Made by a program: the position numbers and the translations under genes. A DNA stretch of 64,000 nucleotides from Oopsacas minuta (taxonomy: Eukaryota > Animalia > Porifera), in contig JAKMXF010000022.1 of assembly GCA_024704765.1 (NCBI GenBank), forward strand, positions 697,055-761,054, given 5' to 3'. Shown one piece after another: positions 33,767 through 46,506 of this stretch (position 1 is its first letter; each line of letters starts with the position of its first letter). The notes under the pieces were generated by a model that did not search any database, was not told where the DNA came from, and was given only the letters and a program-made list of their open reading frames with translations.

Positions 33767-36700
33767 ATGGGAAACATTAAACATTTTGATTCTTAGCTTG
33801 TAGTAGGTCATATATAGTAATTAGTTAGTCGAGCTTAGCTTGTAGGAGAGAGATTAGTTTTTAGAGTTTTACTTGATTCATAAACTTATTGTTTAACAAC
33901 TAAGGGTATACTTTGGGATTATGTAGCCTGGTATAGTGTAAGAACAAACGGGTAACTGTGCAGTTCTATTCTTTACTGCACAATTATGGGTTGTGTATAT
34001 TAATAGTTATCCAGAGAGATCATCGCGATCACTATAATGATAAAATCAAATAAGTGTTGTCAAGTGTATTTGTATATTTGTCCGATTTTATATCTCATTG
34101 GTGAATGCTACGAGTACCGATCTTTGTGGTAGCCTCGTAGTTTTGGATAGGAATTTTTAAAGAATCCCCGTCTATCGTTTTAAGTACACCCTAATTATTA
34201 ATAGATTTATTTATAAATTTCGTGAACTGAATATTTTTGTACTGTAACTCTAAACTCTAAAGGATTCGTTACTAATCATTTACGAAGCTCTTACGACCAA
34301 TATGTATTCTAGTTTTTTTACAATACCTTTTCAACTGATAAGGGAAATCATTTCTCTCTATGAATTCACTTTGCTAATCTTCTGATTCTTCTGGAGATTA
34401 TCCTTAAGTTGAGTTAAGGGCCTTTACCGAATAATTAAACTCCTCCAAAGAAATCTTATGGTTTATCTAACATTTTATAATAATTTGGCTTCTAGAGACA
34501 TGTAGTTAGCATACTTGTGACGCGCCTTTCGATTCCCACCGAGAGATAGTACCATAGAATTGATAGAGATGTTTCATTTATTTACCAACAAGACATTGCC
34601 ACATTATATCTCCCAAAATAATGCGCCCATTTTCTTCCATAAATAAACTGTGATACCTTCTAGATTGTAGAAGCTAGTGCAATGCTGTTCCTGCTGGGCA
34701 CCCTTGACTGTTCAATAATCATGAATCCGTTTAGTATATTATTTTAGGATTAGTGACTGGTTGTGAACCTGAATCTCTACGAATAGCCTTGTTAGTTAGC
34801 ATTGTACTTGTATAACGCTGCCCATAGAGTAAATATATGCAAGACAAGCTATTCATCGCTGTAATGCAGTTGCTTATGTAAAGCCGAGTAATAGGCGAGA
34901 ATTTATTCCATGATCTGTAAGGGACCAAGCATTCAAAATCTATATAACAATCTTATCCATAAAATTGATTGAACGGATTCCCAATCTGGTTATGAATTAT
35001 AGTATAAGGTTTGGTGCTAATTAGTTGCAAAATTTCGAAACATTACTATTGAGACTTTTACCTAAATTCCAGTAATGAAACATCATAAGTTGGAATTATC
35101 ATCTCATTTGAGGGATGTTGTCTGCTCCTGCAGGTGGTGCATATGGGCTAGACTAAGAATCTTATTGACTTCATGTTGTGTATCTTTTTTGACGTTCTTT
35201 TCCATTCTAATTACTAAGTCTATTAACAAAAGAAATTATGTATTCTAAGATGTGAACTAATGAAATCCTCGTTAATGCATTTCTACGACTCGCATATCCA
35301 CAATTCCTCAATCTTTAAGGTATTTTTGAATATGTGAATATGTAAAAAGTAATATATACTATATATACACTAGCAACAAATTCTAGCTTATCTCAATAAC
35401 CAATGCTTTTCTGTTGTTCTATTACTGTAAAACTAATATAATTCTCATAGTATTAATATTAAAATTCAAATCAGGTAATATGTACGTAGTACGAATCCTG
35501 CTGTTGCATCTTTGAACACCAGTGTTCCTGAACTTTTAATTTACTGTGCAGTTGCCTCCTGCCTACCTGTCTACCCACGCGTCTAATTTGCAATTGAAAT
35601 AGAGATAAGATAGCTGCTGGTTCTTGTTAAACTTAGTTATCTCAGTTTTATTGTAAGTAATTTACACATAAGGTTGGGGGGTGCGTGTTTTTCAAGTAAT
35701 TACAAAAATACTTTTAGCTCTTGAATCATAATAAATTATTTAATATGGTGATAATGATATAATGGATAGTATACTATCTCTCATGAGGCATCAGTCAAGA
35801 TTTAATCTCGCACTCTTGGAGAGCTACGAGCGCATGAATTTATAGATATCTATAATTCTATATTTATGCTCTCAAAAATCACCCAAGATTCCCATAGTAA
35901 TGTACGTATTACCAATTGCATAGTCTAAGTAAGAAGTGCGATTTTAGGATTATAGTATTGAGACTTTGGATAGTAATGGGATCTTAAAATCGCTAACGCC
36001 TAACAATATTGAGCACAATATTTTATACCAAATCATATTATGTTTAACTATGATCTGGATTCTAGAGAAGCGGTATTTGTACGTACATTTCTCTTAAGTA
36101 TTCTACAAAAAGTTGAAATACTTGCATAATATAGTGATTCAAAGTTCTACGGTTTGGTCTACGAGACTTCCCTAAGTGTAGATTAAATGTTGCCCTATCG
36201 TTGTATTAGAATTTAGTCAATTCATAAGATGTAATAATTTTAATTCTAAGCTTTCTTTTGTAAGTCTATCAAATAATTATGACATTTTGATGAATATTGG
36301 TATACTCTTTTTCGCATTTTTATCATCCACCTTATTCAATGCTAAGGTATCCTTTTCAGTATGTTTTCCCAGTTTTACTTATTTATGATTGTAATCAAAT
36401 ACATGATCCTGTAATGTATAGCATAACTTTGCCACTTGATATTGCTGGAATTATGGAGACTCATTGAAGTTGTAATTGAATTCATTCTTATCAACTATTA
36501 TATGTTATATCTTCTTTCTGGAAAATTGATTTTTATGGTATGACCATTTGCAGACAGTGAATAGTCCATGCCCTCGAGAAATAATCATTAGTGAACCTAA
36601 TATACTTAAACTACATACCATCTTTAACCGTCAGTTGTTTGAGCGTTAATTACATGCTATCAAATTTATTGATGCCTTATTTCTTTTCCCGTTTTTACTA

Positions 36701-38307
36701 ATTATAGAACTATTCACATATTCTCTTTCAAATTTCGTTTGTTATTATATCAATATTTAATTTCCTCAAAACTCAAAAGAGTTAATAACTTCTAAGTTTC
36801 AGAATATAAGTATACATGAAATTTCATTAAGTAATTGGATAAATAATGTCATTATTTGTGATAATAAGTGACTGTAGTATGCAGTATAAAGTGATGAAAT
36901 GGCTTCCATGATTATCATTACAACCTGTACAAAACATCCATTAGTCCACTTGTAGTCGTTTCTTTCAAACGGTTCCTTTGTGAAATGGAAACTCGTTGAT
37001 TCTCCGAACAGATTGTCCTAATTGATGTATCAGAAGTATATCTTGCTAGACTCTGTACTCAAAACAGGTGAATACTGGATAAATCCTCACGGTCTAAACT
37101 TAATTCTTTACCCTACCAATCAGTCATAATTTCTATAGCACTGTTTCTTTGGAGTATTTTAAAATATTGAAAGTTTTGTCCGATAAGAATCAAAACTTGG
37201 GTTAACAAGCACTTGTATAATCTTGGTATTCCCCATGTTTGATATACTACACTTGCCCTAACCAATAATTGAGACTAGATGGCGGGATATGCAATATGAC
37301 AATGTATCAACATGACAAGTTTGTAGATTAGATTACTCTCCAGGTGATCTATCACATTCCTAGCCTTGTTTATTTGGCTTATCTTACACTTAGCATTTGT
37401 GAAGTTTAGGGCAATTATTCAAATCCTGCTTTTATTTATGCAGCTTTCTTGCATATATCAATTTTAGCTGGATTAATCTTCTATAATTATTGAATTGATC
37501 TGATTATATGCAATTATAATGCAAACTATTTAATATTGTACAGGTGGTATCCTCAATGAATATTGTGTACTACAAGCATTTAATGCTTTTGGAATTGCTA
37601 GATATATTTTCGAGACCATTTTTGCTCAGTAAATCGAGAGAGACTAAATTGAATGAAATTCCTTATCATTAAATATTAACCAGATAGATATGGACGCTCA
37701 TTATGACCGTAGCATGTATCGTAACCATAATTGTACAATCTACATCAGATTCGTATTAGTTCAGTTCGGCCATTAGTTTAGAATGAAGTCTCTTTATACT
37801 AAACACAATCACGATCCCCCTCGGGGCTTCATAATCAGTGATTGCACTGTATTCAATTCTATTGAAACATCTATCAATATCATGTCTCACCATATTGGTA
37901 ATTTTGATGTAGATAATAACAAGCATCTATGAAAATATATCCATACTATCTCATGATATTAGTATTATTTGTGTTAAAATTACAACCATAATAAGTTGTA
38001 AAAGAATTCCTCATCAATTGTAATGGTATACTATAAGCAAACCAATACTATAGCATATGATATGCTCTTAGATTTTCTCTTTTGGAATTCTTTCCAAAAG
38101 CGCCAACCCAATTAGCATAAAATACACATACATTTCCTCTGAATGACGTTTAGATATTTGACCATTCCTTACCTACACTACTCATTTTGACCTCCAGATG
38201 TGGGCCTCCCGAAGCGGGGAAGCTCTTATAAGCATAGGTAAAATAAGCTTCATCAATTTACCTAAGTCTGGTGCATTTTGTTATAACGGGGGATACTGTT
38301 TAGTGTA

Positions 38308-38481
38308 CAGGACTTACCAACCACTTTTGCAAATTTCCCTGGATTTTCAATATTTTCCCTGGATTTCACGCCATTTCCCCGATTACACCCGAAAATATCA
38401 AGAAATATAGCAAAATTTTCACCTGGATTTGAAGTGATATCCCGGGGTAATCCAGGGATCCCTGGAGGGTTGGTAAGTCTG
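38308..38481. mobile_element. hAT-like MITE
   Basis: Inverted ends GACTTACCAACC / GGTTGGTAAGTC, internal CCCTGGA(TTT) repeats, imperfect AGTGTA(C/T)A flanks. Confidence 0.6.
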
Positions 38482-38636
38482 AGTGTATAAACGATAATTA
38501 TTGGTATATTTTTAGTAGTATTTGTTGTAATAATTGGTCTTGGATCCTATTCCCTTGGTTGCTACTTCCAAGGTATAGAGTTGTCTTATGAGATAATTAC
38601 GGTACTTATTTTATAAACTTAGTTGGTTTAGCATTG

Positions 38637-41600
38637 ATGAAGCGGCAAGCAGATAAACAGCTGGGTAAGGATGACTGCGCAGACAGAGACTCTCATGACG
38701 ATAGTTCTGTAAGTTTATTTGACGAAGTTTAATTATCTAAGATTTATTGTAATTGATATTATTATGACATAAATAACTGCTTCTTGTAGGTAGTTGACTC
38801 AATTGCTTCAGAGAAGATAATGAAGGAGAGAATGTGAGTAGTTTTAGCTGATTATTATATAATAGAATATTACATGCCATTCTGCCAAACTTGTATCTAA
38901 CTTATCAGTTTCAGCAAAATGATGTACACATATGTATATAATATTACCAAAGACAAAAAGTCTTGATAGATTAGTTATTTCATTAAATACAGGTTCATAA
39001 ATTTTAATTTACACATGCCAATGCTGGTAATGTGACTCTGTTTATTGTCATGTAAACACATGGTTATACAAACAATCAATATCTCAATGAGGTGACGTAA
39101 TACTTCAGTTTATGTACACATTCATACATTATCATATTTTATTAGCACAATTTATTGATCAAATTCTCCTTTGGGATATCTTTTGTACGTTTGGATATAT
39201 TAATCAACAGCTGTCATCCTAATACATTTGTACGGGATTTGTGCCCATTCATAACTCTACTCTCTTGACAGTTTCTTACATTTGTTAACAATTGTAGGAT
39301 TCTTCAAGGATAATAGATTAACAGAGATCTTAAGAGTGTTCTTGCTTTGATATCTTATCTGGATTAACGATAATCTAATCTTAATTCTGGGCAGAAATCT
39401 ATTTGAGTAGAATATTGTGATGTGAAATTATTCCACTTGGTCTGTATGGGCCGTTAAAGCGATAATTACGTACAGTCAACTCGCGATATATCGAAGCTCA
39501 AAGGATCGTGATAATTACTTCAATATAACTGAATATATGCTACTTTGACGATTTGGGACCATAATTGTACAATTTTAGACTTTGATTAAACGGTTATTTG
39601 TGGCTTATTTCGAAATATTAGTGGGTAGATATCACGGGAGTTGACTGTATATGTAAGTAATAATGCTTAATCTTTTTGTTTGGTTACAGCTCTGAATATT
39701 TAAGGAAAATCACTATATTTTGGCATCCTCACAATTTTAAATAAATCTACGATTCTGACTATTTTTCTTGTTTCTAGTTTAAAGAGAGCTAAGCTAGGCG
39801 GAAGTGCACAAATAGAATCAGAGGTGAGTGAATACCCTTCATACATACAATCCTATTTAATCAATGCAGGTGTTCTAATTTCCTCAGAATTAACTAAATT
39901 AGTTATTGCTTAATCAAGTTTCTAATCAGAATACTATTTCAATAATGTTATCTTAAATACCCATTTGCATTCACCAAATGTTGATCAGGAGGCTAGTATT
40001 GTTATCAGTAGCCTCAACATATAATTATTTGAATAATGAGCCCAATACTTTCAAAATACCCAAGCTCTTAGCAACACGATGACATTCTCTACTTAATTTC
40101 ATCGCCGAGTGAATTATCTGATTCAATAGGTAATAATTTATTCAAATTATAGATAGATTATACATCACCCACGCCCACTGTCTTTGGTAAGATTAAGTGT
40201 GTATAAACAATATTAATTACTGATTGTTTCCTTGCTTTATGCAAAGTTCACACGCACCTGTTGAGAATATTTATGTTAGAAACCTAGATCACATCATTAG
40301 TATCATAATGTTATCACTTTACAAGAATTTCTTAACTAATTATTATGGAGTGATTAAACAAACTTCCTCTTTCAATGAAATTTAAATATTTCTTTGGATA
40401 TTGATATTCATTCAATGAAAGATATCACAATTATATGTAATTCTATGCGTATAAGGTAGTTCTTGTTGGCAAATCCGCACCTGGCAAGGAATCAAATGGA
40501 GCAAAGAAATGTGTAATTCTATTCGAGCAGAAAATTTAGAAACGACGAAATCCACTTGACAACTTATTAGTGGTTCACAATTTATGTGCTGTGTACCGCG
40601 GCACACCTGTGTTCCTCAGAACTTTGTTAAGTGCAAAATTTCCGTGGTATAAGCCAAATATTTTAAATGCTTTGAGGGGCTTCCTTCTGGCCTCTTTATA
40701 TGAAAGTACTAAAAGCCAAGAAGAACCACCTACTCAATACTCTTTGATTGGCAGGTGTGCCTTGAAAATTATAAATGAAATAAGTGTGCTGGAGTTAGAA
40801 AAGGTTTAGAAACACTGTGTGAATCCCTATTTTATATTGATTTGCCATGTTTAGGCAATTCTAAACACGATCTTACTCTTTCAGTTCTTTAGAATAATAC
40901 TGAAATATCCTGACATATTATGTAGTGGTTTAAACCACCGTTACATACTCTATCAGTTAAATATAGTTCATTCAACACATGTGTATTTCTTTCATCAAGG
41001 CCAGAACCAGCTTGCGAGGCTCCTGTAGGTCTGCTTATGTTACTTCTTGAATACAATCACTAAGAGCGATTTATTTATGATAAAATTTCGTTAAAAGCCG
41101 CATTTTGAATTTACCCCAGGGCTTCAAACTCCAGAATTATCAAATTAACCTTTGCACGCCTGTAAAATGCTTTGTCACCAATACACTATGGATAAATAGC
41201 TAGTACGATATTTGAGTTCCTTATTGTTGAAACTACATATTAGTTTATATTATATTATATTATTTAGCACATTTAACCGTAAGGATATACTTGCATAATA
41301 GTTACCAACGTTGATAATTTTATACTGACTGTTATAATCATGAATCTACACACATTTTATGATTCGTTTAAAAACACAATTTCATGATTATGGCAACATC
41401 GTAAGTTAGGTTATTTATATCTCCATTTATTCCTAGTCACCCCACAAATTGTTTTCTCACGGATTCTTAACTGAACAAACAAGTGCTAGCAAAGACTTCT
41501 CCATTAAAGTTGCTTCTAATATCAAACCAACTTCTAGCATGATTGAAGAACATTCTCAGGATTCAATAGGTAGTCAAGACAACAGTACTAAACACAGTCA

Positions 41601-43051
41601 AGCTAACAGTGTATGTAGTGATGACGTCAGCATACCTGACTACCCAGATGACGCTTTTTCGCGGAACATTTCTAGATTGAATACAGCTGTATCTAAATGG
41701 ATTGCATCTCAGGTTATCAAGAACCCAATTTGTGATCTTACGCCTATTTTCGGGGACTATCAGCGCTATTTTAAGGAATTCAACCGAGAAGCTCACCCGT
41801 CCCCCTCTACTTCAGTCTCTCCAAGTAACAATCATACCGACACTCCATACAGACCCTCTCAAGAGATAACAACAGTAACTGCAGTCATAGAGGCTACAGA
41901 GAAATCTGTCAGCACTTCACATCCTCTTAGAGGTCTCCTATTTTCAAAGCCTTCTACTCAAGTTCATTCTTTCTCTTCTCCTTCCGTTCAATCCTCTAAA
42001 CTCAGTTTTTCTTCCACAACTTCAGAGCCCCGCTCAATCAGATTCAATCCTATTTCTAAACCAACTCTTCCTTCAAAATTTGCAGCATCTCCAATCCCTC
42101 TTCCAATTTCTAGCAAAACATTTGAAGCTCCACAACTAAAAACAGGTTCTGTCTTAGATATAATGAAGCCCCCCATCTCTACTTCTCTAAATGCTAAGAA
42201 AGATGTTCTGAGCGGACAGGAAGCCCTCTCTCCCATTTCTACCATCTCTTCCGCTCTTATCCCAGCACCAACTAATCCATCTTTCAGGTTATCTATTCCT
42301 GGAGTCAAACACATACCTACTTCCACCACTTTCAAATTCAACCCCCTCCCTCTGCCAATATTTCCTACAGCCCCCTCGCTCAGTCAGCTGAGTGCATCTC
42401 ACTCCACCTCATTATCAGCTGTTATACACAAACCTGTTCCTCCAGGTACTTGTAAAATCTTATAAATATTTAATTTTGATTAATATTACAGTGTAACCTC
42501 CATACACGGGTGCTAGGGACGCCAAAAACCCTTCCCCGTTTCCTTGTTTCTGCCAAATTCCTCGTTTGTGGAGGTTTCACTATATATTCTTTCTTCTAGA
42601 AGATGAAAATAATGAGGGAGAAGATGACAAGACAGAACCAGAGAGGCCTGTCACGCCCCCTGCTCTTAAACTGGACATAGAGAACACTGTATTTACATGT
42701 AACTCCAAAGTATTCACCAAGAGACTAGATTCATTTACAGATTTAGGAATATGCATACTACGAGTTAGGAAGAACCCAGATTCTAACAAAACTCAATTAC
42801 TCGTTAGAAACAATACAACAATTGCTAAAATTATTATTAACACACTCATCAATAATAAGACTCCACTATCCAAGCCTCGAGACAAAGAAATAATGATTAT
42901 TTGTCTGAAGCAAGAAACAGATTTAGATCTTAAACTTGAAGGAAATCAAGTTTTAGAAATGGAAACATTTTTGATTCGTGTCAAAACGGTAGACCTTGCA
43001 ACTACTCTTTTTTCGCTTTTAGACGAAGCTAAACGAAAATACACTGATTAA
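38637..43051 (+). CDS. NUP50: Nucleoporin NUP50; exons 38637-38708, 38790-38833, 39778-39823, 41437-42445, 42600-43051; 540 aa
   Basis: Three small 5' exons give MKRQADKQLGKDD..IASEKIMKERILKRAK (importin-alpha-binding N-terminus); LNTAVSKWI..NPICDLTPIFGDYQRY; C-terminal RanBD (KTQLLVR..LIRVKT). All junctions GT-AG and in phase (1623 nt). Confidence 0.88.
39473..39647. mobile_element. 175-bp Tc1/mariner MITE in NUP50 intron 2
   Basis: TA|CAGTCAACTCGCGATAT ... ATATCACGGGAGTTGACTG|TA. Confidence 0.82.
42489..42582. mobile_element. 94-bp pogo/Tigger-like MITE in NUP50 intron 4
   Basis: CAGTGTAACCTCCA ... TGGAGGTTTCACTA with TA flanks; TIR family shared with 53201. Confidence 0.7.
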
Positions 43052-43535
43052 TACCGCATGGATTTATGCTATATCAAGGCTAGATTAAACCGCAGGAGTT
43101 TAATTATTCTCAATTTGTGATTAGTTTTATACACCAAACTAACCTTATTAATAGTACTTGTAATAGATTAGCGAGTTCAAATTATCTGGTTCTTATACTG
43201 ATTTTTATTTTCAATAATCTCTTCTTGAATTCCTCTCACGGATAGATTGACCATTGCCATTAATGATACAATCTCCGCAATAAATCCTCAGTACTTGGAT
43301 ATTATCCCTTGTAACCAATATTATATAACACAAGGTTCGATTCCTTCAAATTTATTTGGAGATTCTTAGGCTGTTGCTTGTTAAATAATAGCGTGAATAA
43401 CCTGTAATTCTGTTAGGAGTTCGCTTATTGGCAAGTCATATTTTGCACGAATTTCGCTTGCTAATAGGTGAACACCACTGTAAATTGGTATTTAGATTTA
43501 CACTACACCAATAATACAATTAGAATCTATCGGAA

Positions 43536-46270
43536 ATGCCTCTTACAGTCTATGAGGGAGAACGTTACCTGATAACGAACACAAGAGGAGTGGGACACGT
43601 AGTCCGTGGTCCAGATAGGGTAACGAAATATTTCTACGTATTTATTTATGGTATAGTGAATTCGTTTATCGTTTAGATATTCGTTGGAGTAAATGAAGAA
43701 GCTCAGAGATTGTTTCGTAGAAGCGCGGGTCCTGACCAATACCTAGTTATCAGATACAGAGAACTAGGACAGATCAGGATAGAACATCGACATGGGTAAT
43801 TCTGGATATATGAATTTATGAATTATAATTGATTGTTGGTATGTTATAAATATTATTATAGACCTTGCTTTGAATTCGAGAACCCATTGACTCATGAATC
43901 AATTACAATAAAGAATGCTGAAAAACTGAACAGCAATGAGATGCTTGTTGTGTATAAACAAGAACAAGAGTTAATTCAGAGAAGGCTTGTTCCAGGTCCA
44001 GCTATATTTGTTCCTGAATCAAATGAATGGTAACAGATTTTCCTAATTACATACTCTGGAATCACTATTTCAAGGACGGAATGGGATAATTGACTGGACT
44101 ATATGATTGTAGAATATGATTGTTTGGGTGGGTTCAGGGTTGGGGTTAATTTTTAACATGGTCGAGGTGACGAGATCTATATTGACAAGTGATTGCCAGT
44201 CAACTCGTACTACAGGGCCAGCGTCACTGGTCCGGTTGGCTTCAAAATCTGTAGCGCCGGCCTGTACTAAGTCAACTCAACATGATGGGCGTTAAAATAC
44301 TCTGATCAACAGCTGGAAGGGTGTGTATAACTAGTACAAGAAAAAATCTGGGTCAAAAAGCAATAAGAAACACTCTTAACACAACATCGAGGGATGTAAA
44401 AATAGGTATGAGGTGCTGAAATAATAGATACGAGTTAGCTGAAATAATAGGTACGAGTTGGCCAGAAATGAAGACGACTTGTGCCAAAATAAGCACGAAA
44501 AGACACAAAAAATAAGTACTAGTTGACTGCGAACTATCACGTCAATACAAAGATTGTATTGTTTTGTATTACAAGCCAATAAATCCAAATTGGATATGCC
44601 AGTTATCTAAATTCAAAAAGTAATATACATTTATGCATAGAATGCTATGGTTTGTGTATTATAAAATCTATTAGGTTTCATCAATTTAAATGGCACGGAC
44701 AAGACCTAGAGAATCTCGGGAAAATAAGACCTGGAGTTCATCAATTCACGAAACTTCAGATGATTCCTTCACAAATTTACTATGATGTAAGTTTCACAAA
44801 TTTATAGGATTGGAATACTTGATATTTTTTATCTGGGGGACTAGCTCAAATGGTAGAGCGCTCGCTTAGCATGCGAGAGGCACCGGGATCGATGCCCGGG
44901 TCTTCCATACTTTTTTGTTCTTTTGTCTTTTGGAAGACAAAAAGTCAGCGGCTCGAACCACCAGCCTCTCGGTTAGCAGCCATTCCGTTCACGTCAATGA
45001 ATTCTTTATTTTCTGTATATACGCATTACGTAGATTGTAAATTTCGAGATCAACCATTCGTTCTCATTCATTAACATCCTTAAAATCCTATTAATTCATT
45101 ACCTTTACTTGCTCCAATTTTTATTTTTTCTCTATTTCCCTCTTGCACATATCAGGTGACAGAGGTTAGTTCAATATCATACTAACTACATGTAAATATA
45201 CGTATATTCACTCTGAGGATAATAATAGGTTCGTACTAATGATGATATCCTGATCGAAATACAGCTCATGTTATTCTATGAAATATCCGATGTTGATAGA
45301 ATGGTATGTTATACGTATCCTCAAAACAAATCGTTTGATATTGTGATTACATATTATACGGTTAAACCTGCATAATTCGACAATTTTATGTCCCAACTAG
45401 CGTAGCATCATGCAAGTTCCACTGTATTCGTATGCATGTATTATTCTATTATTTTACAGTTGAATGGGAGTACAGATCCTATCGCAGATTTGATAAAGTG
45501 AGTAATTCATATCTCATCAATTTTTGAGCGTTACGTATTCAATCATTTACATTCTCTTTAGTGCTGTTGCTTCAGATGTTATTTCTTTCGTTTCTGCTCT
45601 CAGGTATACACGTTTAGCCTAGAAAGTATTTTAAAAGCTTGATTACTGTCTTTATTAGTTATCAAGATTTCCTCCAACAAACTGGGCTACTCAGTGACAT
45701 GAAAACTTACGCTCAGTTGGATAACAGAGCTGATAAGATCGGATGTTCAATCAGTAATGTAGTTTATCGTGGCTACAAAGCTCCTCAAAAGTTACAAGCA
45801 ATTCAACTGAATGCAATTACATCCAGGACCAACCTGAAAATCAAGAATGAGTTGGACAACATGTCCAATGAGATTACTTCATTCAAGTTGACTAAAGAGA
45901 TGGACAGACTTGATCTAAGTATGAATTTTCTTTAATTAAAGGTACATGAATATAATACATTTTATGAAATGTCTAATATATTCTAGAGCAACAAGTAGAT
46001 CAGCTGAGATCAGAAATGAAACATGCTATCGACCAGACTGCTAAAAATCATGAGATTACACTCAACCAGATGAAGCATCAAGCTGCTATAGAAGAAGAGG
46101 ATTCACTTGCAGCACATCAACTTGAGATGAAGAAAGGAGACAAAGATTTGGAAATTAGGTTCTTGAAAGAGTTAAAAGTTCTTGGAGTGGATATCAATGC
46201 CTACCTCAAGGGGCAGCAGGAAACACCAGTTGCAGAAGAGATTCAAATCCACCCAACAACTATGTTATAA
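43536..46270 (+). CDS. Short major-vault-protein-like / SPFH-shoulder protein; 10 exons: 43536-43619, 43677-43795, 43862-44029, 44675-44786, 45156-45164, 45229-45303, 45460-45497, 45562-45603, 45659-45918, 45987-46270; 396 aa
   Basis: Manual GT-AG model closes in frame (1191 nt). Beta repeats ending in GP (VVRGP, HRHGP, LVPGPAIFVP), shoulder-like VRTNDDILIEIQLMLFYEI, VVYRGY, C-terminal coiled coil. Confidence 0.82.
44197..44529. mobile_element. MITE (CAACTCGT..family) in intron 3 of the MVP-like gene, carrying a 52-bp nested insert (44213-44264)
   Basis: TIRs CAGTCAACTCGTACT / AGTACTAGTTGACTG; interior aligns with 56431-56656; insert has inverted ends CAGGGCCAGCG / GCGCCGGCCTG between TACTA duplicates. 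Confidence 0.72.
44835..44907 (+). tRNA. tRNA-Ala(AGC) inside intron 4 of the MVP-like gene
   Basis: 73-nt cloverleaf, anticodon stem CTCGC/GCGAG around AGC, G3:U70 pair, oligo-T terminator from 44910. Confidence 0.95.
44950..44981 (-). pseudogene. Degenerate tRNA-Asn fragment (anticodon/T-arm part)
   Basis: GGCTCGAACCACCAGCCTCTCGGTTAGCAGCC aligns with the + strand text of the tRNA-Asn at 48757-48830 (28/32). Confidence 0.6.
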
Positions 46271-46506
46271 CTTACAGAAAAACTTCTCTCTACATAAGAT
46301 TTGTATGAGTAGTAGATTGTAAATATTCTCATCCTTTTCAGAATAGTTGCAGTATATTTTGAAACATTTATCATTTTTAGTTTTTGAGCAATATCAGTCT
46401 TCATGTTATGGACTATGGAGTATTTTATTCACTTCTGATGTAAATCAAAGTATAGATAATTATTTTATGTTATTATCCATGGTAAGTCTAGCAAGTTCAA
46501 TTGCAG

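Noticed and set aside
37680-38140. Hydrophobic minus-strand frame vaguely like an MBOAT membrane protein
   Set aside because: Seven stops in ~150 codons, close to random for this base composition.
40444-40809. P-loop-like YKVVLVGKSAPGKES inside NUP50 intron 3
   Set aside because: Lacks S/T after GK, follows a stop, has no G3/G4 motifs and one internal stop.
43334-43344. Isolated perfect B-box GGTTCGATTCC between NUP50 and the MVP-like gene
   Set aside because: No A-box or cloverleaf; one such match in 64 kb is not improbable.
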